Position numbers and translations under genes: made by a program
Shown: positions 10,642-21,122 of the stretch, piece after piece
How the letters are laid out: the number at the start of each line of letters is the position of its first letter
Numbering within the stretch: position 1 is the first letter of the stretch
The notes under the pieces: generated by a model
Databases searched by the model: none
Told to the model about the DNA's origin: nothing
What the model saw: only the letters and a program-made list of their open reading frames with translations
Source of the DNA: Verrucomicrobiota bacterium
Lineage (GTDB): Bacteria > Verrucomicrobiota > Verrucomicrobiia > Opitutales > Cerasicoccaceae
Direction: 5' to 3'
Assembly: GCA_039818205.1 (NCBI GenBank)
Contig: JBCBUK010000003.1
Span: 64,001 to 128,000 of the forward strand
DNA: 64,000 nucleotides

Positions 10642-10725
10642 GGTCGGTGATCGTTCGGTTTGATGAAACTAATGAAGTGGTTGATTTCCGGGTTATTAAG
10701 CCGGAAAGCCGCGCAGTCTCGCACA

Positions 10726-11232
10726 CTACAGGGATTGTTCAACCACAATTTCAAGTTCTCGCTCGGGATCACAATTCGCTCGCAGGGCGATGAAGCGCTC
10801 TCGGTGGGAATCAAAGTATGGCCACACCAAATGATGGTCGGTCGGTGGAATCCTGAGCGTGTTGATCTCCTCACGGGTAAAGAATTGAAAGCGTCCCTCG
10901 TCGATCTCTTCCGGGAGTCGAGCGATCGGCTTGTGGCATTCGAACAGGAACATCAGCCAGTGACCCGAGCCCTCAAACCCTTTTTCCGAGACATAACCAA
11001 ACAGATGCAGGTCATTAATCTTCAGTGGTAAGCCCACTTCCTCGTCGACCTCACGGATCGCGCATTCGAAGGGCGATTCGCCCCAGGCCATCTCGAGCTT
11101 GCCGCCAATCGGGCTCCAACAGCCCAGGTTTGGCGCTTTGCGGCGTTGAATCATCAGCAACCTCCCTTCGGTGTTGCGGACAAAAACGAGCACGCTGATT
11201 TTGAAGGGGAGGGTGGTGGTCGGTTCCTGCAC
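10726..11232 (-). CDS. NUDIX hydrolase (MutT-like)
   Basis: Nudix box GGKLE...GESPFECAIREVDEEVGL. Confidence 0.88.
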   Translation of the reverse strand: MQEPTTTLPFKISVLVFVRNTEGRLLMIQRRKAPNLGCWSPIGGKLEMAWGESPFECAIREVDEEVGLPLKINDLHLFGYVSEKGFEGSGHWLMFLFECHKPIARLPEEIDEGRFQFFTREEINTLRIPPTDHHLVWPYFDSHRERFIALRANCDPERELEIVVEQSL

Positions 11233-11406
11233 AATCTCGTTGTCTGGCGCGTTCGATCGTTAGGCAATGAAATATCGGTGATTCTACCTAATTTTTGTGT
11301 CATTGCTTGGTGAAAATTGCCCTAGAAGTCCTTGTACCTGAATTTATTGTTAAATTTATAGTTTTCTTGTTGATTAAGGTCCGCGATTCTCTTTTACCAT
11401 GCAGAG

Positions 11407-12018
11407 ATGCAGCCCCGCTTGTCCCTCTTAATCCTCCTAATTTCCACGCTTCTGGTGCCGCTTGCCGGATCTCTGCACGCGCAGAAGGACCCGGTTGACG
11501 TTCGAAATGTGAAGTTCAACAAAAACGCGGGTAACTGGAAGGACACCCTCATCGAAGTCGAATTGGTGGCTAACGGGAATCCGAATCCGGATGCTCCGAA
11601 CCCCAAGTATGTCGACAACATTGGCGTGACGCTGACCATCGGTTATGCTCACCCGAACAAAGACGGTGAGTTCATCTTCCACTCCTCTTCGGTTGTCATC
11701 ACGACCCTCGAAGTGGCGAAGTCCCGCAAGATCGGATTTTGGCTTCCTTACGATATCGTCGAGCGGGACAATGTAGCCAAGGAACCGAAGTTTTGGTACG
11801 TCGACGTTGAGATTGACGGCAGCCCAATCGCCCCAACCGGCGCGAACATCCGGGCCCGCGCCTCGAGCGATCTCCAAAACCCAACGGCTCTCAATAGCTT
11901 CCAAAACAAAGCGTCTGACGCAACCGAAGGTGTGCTACTACCCGGTTATCTCTCTGGAAACGGATACATCGAGCGCGGAAAAGATCGTCCGGCTTTTATC
12001 CGCAAAGAGGAGAATTAG
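11407..12018 (+). CDS. Amuc_1102-like exported pilus-system protein
   Basis: Signal peptide (SLHA|Q) and beta-rich body. It sits first in a PilM/N-O-P-secretin cluster, the position Amuc_1102 holds in Akkermansia. Confidence 0.6.
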   Translation: MQPRLSLLILLISTLLVPLAGSLHAQKDPVDVRNVKFNKNAGNWKDTLIEVELVANGNPNPDAPNPKYVDNIGVTLTIGYAHPNKDGEFIFHSSSVVITTLEVAKSRKIGFWLPYDIVERDNVAKEPKFWYVDVEIDGSPIAPTGANIRARASSDLQNPTALNSFQNKASDATEGVLLPGYLSGNGYIERGKDRPAFIRKEEN

Positions 12019-12122
12019 TTCACGGTTAGTGATATACCTCTGCGTGTGCGGCTGCTTCCATTAACGGAAATTATTGCTTGCACTCCTAACAATCCTTTTT
12101 CAAATGGCCTTTTACCCTGTTC

Positions 12123-13763
12123 ATGAGCGCTGCTAAGAAATTGATAATCAACTGCGGAGCTGGTCACGTAACCGCTTCGATTTTCAGCGAACGCAAAGGC
12201 GGTTTGGTACTGGAAAGTTTCGCGCACGAAGATCTCGACTACGACTTTACTGAAGAGAATGACTGGTTGCCAGCGGTGGTCGACGCCGTGGCTCAAGTCA
12301 AATCTCGGGTAAAGGGTGGGGATAAAGCGATTCTGATTCTTCCCGGTTACCAACTGCTGACCAAGCTGATTAAGGTTCCCCACGTCGAGGAGGCCAAACG
12401 CGCGCAAATCATCGCCTACGAGGCGGCGCAACAAATTCCTTATCCACTTTCGGAGGTTGTTTGGGATCACCAGGTCATCGCTGATGATGGCGTGGAGACC
12501 GAAGTCATCCTCATCGCGGTTAAGTCGGAGGTCGTCGACGATTTCTGCACCGAGTTCCGTCGCCAAGGCATTACGCCAGAAAGCGTCGAAGCAGCATCCG
12601 TCCTCGATTATAACGCTTTCCGTCTCAATTACCCGGACGTCGAAGGCGAGAGCCTGTTGGTCAATATTGGAGCGCGTTCATCCAATCTGCTTTTCATTAA
12701 TGAACTGGGTTTCTTCATCCGTAACATTACTCTGGGTGGAAATACGCTGACCCAGAATCTCGCGGATAGCCTCGGCAAGAGCTTCCCGCAGGCCGAGCAG
12801 ATCAAGATCGCATTCTTCTCCGGTCAGACCAGTTTCGATGCGGACGATCCAAGCGCGCAAGTTCTCCAGACGAATGCGCAAAGCTTTCAGAAGAAGATCA
12901 GCCAGGAAATCACCCGGTCGATCGTAAACTACCGCCGCCAGAAGGGCGGTAAGGCACCTAGCCGAATTTTGCTCACTGGTCGTGGCGCACGTCTCCCCGG
13001 GTTATCCGAGCAACTTGAGCAGAGCCAGCGTATCCCGGTTGAGTTTTTTGACCCAACCGCGGCAATCGAAATTGGCGGTGGCGTCGATGCGGCTGAGCTC
13101 GAAGACAATCGCGAAATTCTGAGCGAGGTTGTTGGTCAGGCCACCCGGATCAGCGATCCGGAAGCCGTTAGTGTCAATCTGCTGCCCCAGCAGTTGGCAG
13201 ATTCGATGCGCTTCGCCAAACAAAAGCCGTTTATCCTAATCGGTGCTGCTTGCCTCGCATTGGCAACGATTCCGCCGATTATGCACTTCATGCAGGCCAA
13301 GACCACCTATGCGGACGAAGCCAAGCAGTTGCAGCAGCGGGCTCCTGGTCTAAACACGAAGCATTCCGAGATCATGTCCCTCACGGACGAAGCGAAGAAG
13401 ATCAAGACCGATATCGCGAATCTCGAGGACCTCGTAAATTCACGCTCCAACTGGATCAACTTCTTTGCTGATCTGCAACAGCGTCTACAATCCGTACAGG
13501 ATGTTTGGTTGGAAGACTTGAAGTTGGACCGCGACTCGACTGGAAACCTTCAGATTTCCGGCCGCATGCTCATTAAGGACTGGGATGAAGAAAACCCCGG
13601 TGTCAGCAACGGGCGTGCATCGTCTCGGGTCAACCAGATGCTTACCCAGTTCGAGGCCTCCGAATTCGTAAAGAAAGTCGGGGACCGCAAGTTCGATACG
13701 AACAACCCGCGCATCCTCCAATTCCAGTTCTCTCTCGAGATCAACCCCGAACGCCCGCTCTAA
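12123..13763 (+). CDS. PilM-PilN fusion (Amuc_1101-like)
   Basis: Actin-like PilM domain (EAAQQIPYPLSEVVWD, LVNIGARSS, ILLTGRGARLPGL), then the PilN-type VNLLP motif, a TM helix, a coiled coil and a periplasmic domain. Confidence 0.85.
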   Translation: MSAAKKLIINCGAGHVTASIFSERKGGLVLESFAHEDLDYDFTEENDWLPAVVDAVAQVKSRVKGGDKAILILPGYQLLTKLIKVPHVEEAKRAQIIAYEAAQQIPYPLSEVVWDHQVIADDGVETEVILIAVKSEVVDDFCTEFRRQGITPESVEAASVLDYNAFRLNYPDVEGESLLVNIGARSSNLLFINELGFFIRNITLGGNTLTQNLADSLGKSFPQAEQIKIAFFSGQTSFDADDPSAQVLQTNAQSFQKKISQEITRSIVNYRRQKGGKAPSRILLTGRGARLPGLSEQLEQSQRIPVEFFDPTAAIEIGGGVDAAELEDNREILSEVVGQATRISDPEAVSVNLLPQQLADSMRFAKQKPFILIGAACLALATIPPIMHFMQAKTTYADEAKQLQQRAPGLNTKHSEIMSLTDEAKKIKTDIANLEDLVNSRSNWINFFADLQQRLQSVQDVWLEDLKLDRDSTGNLQISGRMLIKDWDEENPGVSNGRASSRVNQMLTQFEASEFVKKVGDRKFDTNNPRILQFQFSLEINPERPL

Positions 13764-13772
13764 TTTTCCCGT

Positions 13773-14822
13773 ATGAAATTCTTTAAACAGAACCCGGTCT
13801 TCAGCGCGATTTTATCGCTGTTTGTCGTGTTGTTCATCGCTGGTCTGGTATTCATCTTTTTGTTGAATGGTCAGGTTGCGAAAGAGCAAAAAGACGTCAA
13901 GCGGGCGGAGTCCAATTTGCGGGCAGCTCTGTCTTTACAGCCAGCCCCGACGGATGAAAACATTCAGGCTGCTGAGAAGAATATCTCTGAGCTCAAGCAA
14001 GTGCTCGAAAAGCAGATTGCCGCCACCGCCGGCAACAAACCAAACCTTCTTTCGTCCAATCCGCCGGCAACCGGCACCGATTTGTTCTTTCAGCTCCAAA
14101 GCTATCGCGATGAGTTGACTCAAGATGCCGAACGCACGGTGCCAATTAACGTCTCCGATGAAGAGCTCGAGGTCATGGAAGAGTTTGGCACTGAAGTTCC
14201 CGGAGTCGAAATCCCCGAAGGCTTCGCATTTGGCTTCAGTCGCTACATCGATTCTGGCGAGCCGCCAGCTGATTCAGCGGTCCCAGTGCTTTTTAAGCAG
14301 AAAGAAATCCTCACCTATGCCCTCCGCAAGCTCCTGAGCACGCGCCCGATTAGTATCGTTTCGGTTGATCGCAGTCCGCTCGAGCTTCCCAAGCCGAAAT
14401 CAAAGGACGAGCGCCAGCAGCTCAACGCCGACGAGTTCAATGTCGGCTCGGAATCGGCCGCAGTTAAGAGCGCAGTCGAAACCATTCCGTTCCGAATCGT
14501 ATTCACTGGATACACCGAGAATCTCCGCAGTTTCCTCAAGCAAATCGAGGAGTTTGAAATACCGCTTGTTGTTCGCTCAGTCGAAGTCACCCCGCTCGAA
14601 GATAGCGTGGTCACCGCAGACAATAGTCGCGGCGGTCGTGGTAACTCGGTCGATGATCTGTTTGGCGGATTTGGCTCTGCGACGCCTGAGTCTGATGCCG
14701 AGCCGGCCGCACCGGCCAAAGATCCTATCGTCGCAGAAAACGAATCTGAATTCACGGTCGTTATCGAATACATCACGGTCACGGTCGCGGGCAAAGACTC
14801 CAAAAAGGAGGACCTGTCGTAA
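13773..14822 (+). CDS. Amuc_1100-like PilO-type protein
   Basis: N-terminal TM helix, coiled coil, FAFGFSRY motif and a PilO-like FRIVFTGYTENLRSFL...LVVRSVEV segment; synteny supports the call. Confidence 0.75.
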   Translation: MKFFKQNPVFSAILSLFVVLFIAGLVFIFLLNGQVAKEQKDVKRAESNLRAALSLQPAPTDENIQAAEKNISELKQVLEKQIAATAGNKPNLLSSNPPATGTDLFFQLQSYRDELTQDAERTVPINVSDEELEVMEEFGTEVPGVEIPEGFAFGFSRYIDSGEPPADSAVPVLFKQKEILTYALRKLLSTRPISIVSVDRSPLELPKPKSKDERQQLNADEFNVGSESAAVKSAVETIPFRIVFTGYTENLRSFLKQIEEFEIPLVVRSVEVTPLEDSVVTADNSRGGRGNSVDDLFGGFGSATPESDAEPAAPAKDPIVAENESEFTVVIEYITVTVAGKDSKKEDLS

Positions 14823-15727
14823 TGAAAGCTTTTGTTGATAAAATTGTTCTCGCTGTTGGTGTCCTGGCATTGGCTGGCGGTGCTGGTTTCTATGTTACTC
14901 AAAAAGGGCAGGGTGGTTCCAACAATCCGTTGATCGACCAGCAGCCATCAGGCACCGCCTACGAAAACCTAAGCCCAGCAAAGCTTACGGCGGCAGGGAC
15001 CGAATGGCCCGAGCCAGTCCCACAGGACGGCGATGGCTATGAGCTCTACGACGTATTTACGCCACCAAAGATCTGGTGGGACGCCGAAAAGGGTATCTTT
15101 GTTTTTGAGCCGCCAATCGGGGGCAAGAAGAAGGTCGCCTTTGGTCTGGCTCTCTTAGGTCTCGATCGCGAACTCTATCGGATTCAAATGGAAGCGTTTT
15201 TTGGTCGCGGCCCCGATGCCATGGCTCAAATTTACGATGACGTTACTCAAAAGAGCTATCGCGGAAAGGTCGGAGAGAAGTTCGAAGAGATTGACACCGC
15301 AATTGTCGCTTTGGAGAACGAATTGGTGACCAACCCAGATGGCACGATCCGCCGGATTCCGCGTGTGACTCTACTTGATGGTGCCAGCGGTGAGGAGATT
15401 ACCCTTACCACCGACGAGCGCCTCTACGTGCCAAATAAATTTGATATCAAGATGGAAGTTGTCCGCCCATATCCATCCGAAGAGTTCCTTTGGAAGGAAA
15501 GCGATGCAACCCATTCCGTCGGTGATGTCACCTGGAAATTGCTCGAGTTTAACTTTGACAACCAATCCGTCACGGTCGAAAAGACTGTACCTGAACAAGA
15601 AATTGAAACTGAAACCCTAGTAGTTACTACTCCCTCATCCGCCTCTGAATCGGCAGAAGATACGTCTACTGAAGAAGAAAATGCCCCAGCACAGGAAATT
15701 TCTCCTGATGATGGATTATTCTTCTAA
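14822..15727 (+). CDS. Amuc_1099-like pilus-system protein
   Basis: Translationally coupled to the previous gene (TAATG overlap). N-terminal TM helix and VFTPPKIW motif; lies between the PilO-like gene and the secretin. Confidence 0.6.
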   Translation: MKAFVDKIVLAVGVLALAGGAGFYVTQKGQGGSNNPLIDQQPSGTAYENLSPAKLTAAGTEWPEPVPQDGDGYELYDVFTPPKIWWDAEKGIFVFEPPIGGKKKVAFGLALLGLDRELYRIQMEAFFGRGPDAMAQIYDDVTQKSYRGKVGEKFEEIDTAIVALENELVTNPDGTIRRIPRVTLLDGASGEEITLTTDERLYVPNKFDIKMEVVRPYPSEEFLWKESDATHSVGDVTWKLLEFNFDNQSVTVEKTVPEQEIETETLVVTTPSSASESAEDTSTEEENAPAQEISPDDGLFF

Positions 15728-15802
15728 ATTTAAGTGATACTCCTAATTGCTAATCTTTGAAGACCAACGCGTATCCCCGCGTTGCCTGCTAACTAACGAA
15801 TC

Positions 15803-18583
15803 ATGAAACGACTCCGGACCCTCCAACGCTTCGCCTCCACGTGCGCCTTTGCTGCGATTGCCGCATTGGCGTCCCTCAACGCCCCTGAGGCCCACGCTCA
15901 AAGCAGTGAAACCAAGGAAAAAATCCGCCTCATGGCGACCGCCCTGCGCGCTCGTGAATCAGGCGATCTCAACACCGCTAAGGCAAATTTGGAGGAGCTA
16001 CTCCGGATAAACCCCAACGATGCAAATGTTCAGCGCCTTCTCGATTCCGTTAATAAGGATATCGAGCGTCAAACCACTGGTCAGCCGACCATTTATGGCC
16101 AGGCCGCGACCGTAAACACTTTCGAGCCTTCTAACGCATCCGTAACCGATTCATCCACTGTTGTGGCCATGAGCAACGGTGACGGCACGGACACGCTTAC
16201 CGAGATCGAGCTCGCCGGTGCATCCGGTGATGTTGACTACTTGATGGCTTCCGTAGCGGCTGAGCAACAGCAAGCGATTGCGAATGCACAGCAAGCAATG
16301 GCTGACGCCAAGGTCCTGATCGAGAATGATCGCGGCGACGAAGCTGATGCGCTCCTTGAAGCCGCTCAAAATCAGATTCCAGAGTCGACCGCAACCGAGT
16401 TCGTGATTGCCGACGTTAAGGCAATGCGCGGCGACATCATTCTTAAAGCTGGCAAAGAAGCGCTGGCAGCAAACAACATCCCGGCCGCAGAGGCCGCTGC
16501 TGCCGCTTATGAAGAGACTTTGGGCGATGACAAGCGTTTGGCCAACTACCGCAAGGCGATTGCGAAAGTTGCTGACAACCCATGGTTGCAGGATCCGGAA
16601 GCTTTGAGCCCCGAATACGTCGAAAATCAGGAGATTGTGGAGGACCTCCTTGTTAAGGCACGCGCGATGATGCTTTATGGCGACTACAGTGGTTCGATGG
16701 AGAAGCTTCGTGAGGTTGAGGCCCGTGACCCGACCAATCGATCAGCTAAAGCACTTCAAATGGAGATCATCAAGCAGCTGGGTGACTCCGCCTGGCTCGA
16801 CCATGAAAAGACTCGTGACCAAATGCTTCAAGAGGTTGCTCGCTCCTGGCAGCGCCCACAAGTCTACGACTTTAGTGAGCCTCCGGTCGAGTCTAACGGA
16901 GCAAACCCAATCCGCGAGAAACTGAAAACCATCTTCATCCCGCGAGTCAGCTTTGCCGGTGTTCCACTTTCTCGTGTAGTTGAAACTCTATCGGAATTGT
17001 CGGTTGAATACGATCCAACACTCGAAGAAGACGAGAAAGGCGTTAATATGATCCTTCTAAGCAAGGATGGTAACGATCCAATGGTTAGCATTACATTGCG
17101 TAATCTCGACATGGAGCGCATCCTGAATTTCGTTACCGAATCCGTTTCCTACAGCTGGGACGTTGGTAGTGATGCGGTTCTTATTTCTCGTGGTTCTGAC
17201 GATGGTGGTATTCGTCTAGAAACGGAATTCTTTCCAATTTCACGTGGAACGATCATCCGCTTGACCGGTTCTGGTGACGGTGGAGGCTCCTCTGCTCCTG
17301 CCGATCCATTCGCCGCTCCGGCTGCAGTGTCTGCTGGACCTTCGGCCTCCGATACCGAAGAAAATCTGCGTAACTTCTTCCAGCGCGCTGGTGTTGATTT
17401 TAACGAGCCAGGTTCCAGCCTTGCGTTTGACGGCACCCAGTTGATCGTCACGCAGACTCCGCGTAATCTCGAGCGCATGCGTAACATCCTTCGCCGTTAC
17501 GACCAGCCAAAGCAGGTTGAGATCGAAGCGAAATTCCTCGATGTGATTCAGGGTAACCTCGATGAACTTGGCTTCAACTGGAGCGTAACCAGTGCGAGCG
17601 GTCGTAACTCCATCAGCTCGGATAACATTTCTCTCAGCGAGGCGTTCTCTTTGGCCGACCAAAGTTCCAACATTGGAATCGAGTCGACCAATCTGGTTGA
17701 GCAGGTCGTTGCAGGTCAGGTCGTCCAATCGACCGTTACCGAAAACACTCTTGTTCCTGCAGGTGCGCCCTCGATTCCGAATGCGATTGATCTTGGTCAA
17801 CTCGGAGGCGTCGCTGGCTCTTTCATGGGCGTTATTCAAGGTGTTGACGTGAATCTCACGGTTAATGCTCTGTCTCGCCAGGAGGGTAGTGACCTTCTTA
17901 GCGCTCCTAAGCTAACGGTTCTCTCCGGCCGCACCGCACAAATCGTGGTGGCTCAAGAGCTCCGTTATCCTGAGAATTACGGTGATATTGAAGCAGAAGT
18001 TTCCAACAACGGTGGTTCAGTCCTCGGTGGTGGAGGAACTTCCGTTGCGATCACCGCGGGAACTCCACAAGACTTCACTGTCCGCAATGTGGGTGTCGAA
18101 ATGGAGGTCACTCCAACGGTTGAAGAGAACGAAAACATTTCTCTCAAACTCGAGCCGCGTGTTACAGAATTCGAAGGATTCGTCGAATATGGCGGTCCTA
18201 GTATTGCGATCTCAGGTGGAACCACCGTTACGGTACCATCCGGCTTCTTCCAGCCGATCTTCTCGACTCGTGAAGTTCGCACGGAAGTCACCATTTTTGA
18301 CGGCGCGACCGTTGTAATTGGTGGATTGACCCGCGAGGAGATCAAGACAATCGAAGACAAGGTCCCAGTGCTTGGTGATATCCCATTCTTGGGCCGTCTC
18401 TTCCAGAACAAGGGGGAAACCGCTCAGAAGCGGAACCTTCTGATCTTTGTCACAGCCAATCTGATTTCACCCGGTGGTTCACCGGCTCGTCAGACTTTGG
18501 GTGACACCGAGGCTAACTCGCTTTTCCAGAATCCGATCGTCGTCACCCCAGGTGGTGGTGTAAGTCGGGAAATCTCTGAGTAG
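15803..18583 (+). CDS. Secretin (PilQ/GspD family, Amuc_1098-like) with long helical N-terminal extension
   Basis: Signal peptide and secretin C-domain motifs QVEIEAKF, DLLSAPKLTVLSG, VVIGGLTRE, KVPVLGDIPFLGRLF and NLLIFVTA. Confidence 0.92.
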   Translation: MKRLRTLQRFASTCAFAAIAALASLNAPEAHAQSSETKEKIRLMATALRARESGDLNTAKANLEELLRINPNDANVQRLLDSVNKDIERQTTGQPTIYGQAATVNTFEPSNASVTDSSTVVAMSNGDGTDTLTEIELAGASGDVDYLMASVAAEQQQAIANAQQAMADAKVLIENDRGDEADALLEAAQNQIPESTATEFVIADVKAMRGDIILKAGKEALAANNIPAAEAAAAAYEETLGDDKRLANYRKAIAKVADNPWLQDPEALSPEYVENQEIVEDLLVKARAMMLYGDYSGSMEKLREVEARDPTNRSAKALQMEIIKQLGDSAWLDHEKTRDQMLQEVARSWQRPQVYDFSEPPVESNGANPIREKLKTIFIPRVSFAGVPLSRVVETLSELSVEYDPTLEEDEKGVNMILLSKDGNDPMVSITLRNLDMERILNFVTESVSYSWDVGSDAVLISRGSDDGGIRLETEFFPISRGTIIRLTGSGDGGGSSAPADPFAAPAAVSAGPSASDTEENLRNFFQRAGVDFNEPGSSLAFDGTQLIVTQTPRNLERMRNILRRYDQPKQVEIEAKFLDVIQGNLDELGFNWSVTSASGRNSISSDNISLSEAFSLADQSSNIGIESTNLVEQVVAGQVVQSTVTENTLVPAGAPSIPNAIDLGQLGGVAGSFMGVIQGVDVNLTVNALSRQEGSDLLSAPKLTVLSGRTAQIVVAQELRYPENYGDIEAEVSNNGGSVLGGGGTSVAITAGTPQDFTVRNVGVEMEVTPTVEENENISLKLEPRVTEFEGFVEYGGPSIAISGGTTVTVPSGFFQPIFSTREVRTEVTIFDGATVVIGGLTREEIKTIEDKVPVLGDIPFLGRLFQNKGETAQKRNLLIFVTANLISPGGSPARQTLGDTEANSLFQNPIVVTPGGGVSREISE

Positions 18584-18641
18584 TATTTTCAATTACTGGA
18601 ATACAATTGCCATACGATAGCATTTAAAATAGGAGATTTTC

Positions 18642-21098
18642 ATGAAAACCCGCCTTTTACAGCGCAACCTACTCTCGAGTTTGGTTGTCGCGATCATGGG
18701 AGCGGCCAGCCTTGTGGCGCAACCAGTCATCACCAGTCCGACCGAAGCGACCGGTCAGGTTGGAGAACCCTTTGAATACGAGATCACGACCGACGTAGCT
18801 GCTTTTGGTTTCGTCAATACCGAACTGCCTGCAGGACTGTCTCGGTCAGGTGCGATCATCGCCGGAAACCCAAATGAATCAGGTGTTTTTCTGACAACGT
18901 TGAACGCATTCGATGTCAACGGCACTAGTGCCCCATTCGATCTGGTTATTATTATCAATAACGAAGACGGATCGGCGCCTACACTTGAAATTACATCGCC
19001 AACGTCTGTTTCGGGCGAAGTCGGAGGTGCATTCACCTATCAAATCGAAGCATCACCAGATCCGGTTCTCTATGAGGTCTTTGGTGTTAGCACCGATAGT
19101 TCTCTGCCTGACCTTGGTCCAGTAGATGGTGCTACTGGCCTTTTGACAGGAACATTACCGAACCTACCAGGAGCTTATGATTTCTTTATCTTTGTTACCT
19201 ACGCAGATGGCTCGGAGATCAGTGCTCAGGTTCAAATCGATGTTATCGCAAATGCGACTCCAGTGGTATCAATTGTTGAGCCGACCAGCAGCCAGTTGAT
19301 CGGTAGCGGTGAATCAGTTGATTTTGAAGTAACCGCAACCACGACAGTCGGATCAATTACCCAAGTCGATCTGTTGTCTAATGGCGAGATCATCGCCTCG
19401 GACACGCAGGCACCATTTAACTTGTCGCCGGTATTTAATGCGGTGGGCGTTTTTGAGGTGACGGCGCAGGCAACTAATACCGGCGGGTTCACCACAACTG
19501 CTTCCGAGACGATTACGGTGACGGTTGAGAGCTTTAATCCAGTCATTCGTGATTTCGATTTTGTTACGCAGACCTATCAGGACATTTACCTGCGTCCCGC
19601 CACCAACTCTGAAATCAACGACGGTCTGAGCTTCCTTGCTGCCGGGAATACACGCGGTGCTCTGATCGCACGTATCATGAGTCGCACCCTTGATCAGCTT
19701 GATATCACGACGGTTCTTCAAATCTATCGCACAATGGTAGGATTTTGGCCAGATCGTCAGGTCTTGGCCAACGAGATCACTTTCTATCAGGCTCCCATTG
19801 ACCCGCCGGTAGGGGTTGCTCCTGGTGTTGGCCGCACTAATCGCCTTTACGCATTGAGCCTTGAAGATCAGTTTCGCGTTAATAATCCTCAGGTGAACTT
19901 TCCGCTTATTTATCAGGATCCTGCCGGTGGGAGCGCGATTGATCCGGCTGAATGGAATAACGAGATTGAATATATCAATGTTCTTTATCGGAACAAATTT
20001 GGAGTTTCGTTGAGCGAATTGAACCTCAACTATACTATCGCGGTCATCGCGAATGCGTTGCTCAATACGAATCCTGTAGAAATTCAAGACGGCGGTCTAA
20101 ATGATCTTGCTGGTCAAGCGCTCGCGGATTTCGCAACCATCACCACTCTTTCGTTTCCATATAAACTCGGACCATCCGGATTCTATTTTCTATCCGTTCC
20201 TTTACCGAACAGCCAAAGTCCATCCAGTGGATCAACTCAGACATTCGGTTTCGAGATGGTAAATTTGAATTTCCCTGCTCGGGTTCAAGTTGCTCTGTTG
20301 ATCGCAAGTCTCCTTGAACGGGAGCCGACCGATGCTGAAGTTACTGCACTTGCTGGGAATGGATTCGATCTAGCGACGGTAGCTCAAGAGATCATCACTA
20401 GCCCTGAGTATATGGATCGTTTCGTTCCGGCGTTTACCGTTGCATTGAGCCAGACTGGATCAGGCGAAATAACCATTGAGCCTCTGCAAGAAGATCCGAA
20501 CAACGAATCTCAGTTCATATACAATGAAGGAACGACGATTACCCTTACGGCAACACCTGCGGCTGGATTTTTCTTCCAAGAATGGTTGGTTAACGGCCAG
20601 TCAAATACGTTGAATCCGCTGAGCTTGATTGTTACTGCTGATCTCGCGGTTGAGGCAATCTTTGCGGAGATCGTAACCACCAGCGAAGGAATTGTTGAGG
20701 ACGTTCTCGAAGAGGCAGGTGTTACCACGCCAGCACTGATCTTCCCAACGGCTGATGCTGATTTCGATGGTCACAGTAATATCGAAGAATTGGCGATGGG
20801 CACTAATCTCATCGAGAGTGGTTCGGTTCCTGAGATCACAATCAACACCGATGAAGATGCGGGAACGGTGACTCTAGTGTTCGTTCGCTTGAAGGCTTCG
20901 GAAATGCCGAGTGACCTCACGATGATTGTAGAGTGCAGCCCAGACCTTGGTGCTGACTGGAACCCAATCAACGAGCTGATGATCTCAACGAACGGTGTAT
21001 CCCAGGATGGCCTTGAGCCCGAGTATGAGCGGGTGAGTGTTGAGCTTCTCTACGAAGAGTGCCAATTCGTCCGAATTCGATTCGCGATTGATTCCTAA
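18642..21098 (+). CDS. Exported acidic multi-domain surface protein (Ig-like domains, DUF4214-like helical repeats, beta-sandwich repeat, C-terminal domain)
   Basis: Signal peptide. Ig-like units PVITSPTEATGQVGEPFEYEI and EITSPTSVSGEVGGAFTYQI, and a Big-type PVVSIVEP...DTQAPF unit. Also TITLTATPAAGFFFQEW and a DADFDGHSNIEE loop. Confidence 0.75.
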   Translation: MKTRLLQRNLLSSLVVAIMGAASLVAQPVITSPTEATGQVGEPFEYEITTDVAAFGFVNTELPAGLSRSGAIIAGNPNESGVFLTTLNAFDVNGTSAPFDLVIIINNEDGSAPTLEITSPTSVSGEVGGAFTYQIEASPDPVLYEVFGVSTDSSLPDLGPVDGATGLLTGTLPNLPGAYDFFIFVTYADGSEISAQVQIDVIANATPVVSIVEPTSSQLIGSGESVDFEVTATTTVGSITQVDLLSNGEIIASDTQAPFNLSPVFNAVGVFEVTAQATNTGGFTTTASETITVTVESFNPVIRDFDFVTQTYQDIYLRPATNSEINDGLSFLAAGNTRGALIARIMSRTLDQLDITTVLQIYRTMVGFWPDRQVLANEITFYQAPIDPPVGVAPGVGRTNRLYALSLEDQFRVNNPQVNFPLIYQDPAGGSAIDPAEWNNEIEYINVLYRNKFGVSLSELNLNYTIAVIANALLNTNPVEIQDGGLNDLAGQALADFATITTLSFPYKLGPSGFYFLSVPLPNSQSPSSGSTQTFGFEMVNLNFPARVQVALLIASLLEREPTDAEVTALAGNGFDLATVAQEIITSPEYMDRFVPAFTVALSQTGSGEITIEPLQEDPNNESQFIYNEGTTITLTATPAAGFFFQEWLVNGQSNTLNPLSLIVTADLAVEAIFAEIVTTSEGIVEDVLEEAGVTTPALIFPTADADFDGHSNIEELAMGTNLIESGSVPEITINTDEDAGTVTLVFVRLKASEMPSDLTMIVECSPDLGADWNPINELMISTNGVSQDGLEPEYERVSVELLYEECQFVRIRFAIDS

Positions 21099-21122
21099 CT
21101 CGAACGTTTTTCATTAATTTCT

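Noticed and set aside
11233..11406. AT-rich stretch as a mobile-element or island boundary
   Set aside because: It is a divergent intergenic promoter region with no repeats, integrase or transposase nearby.
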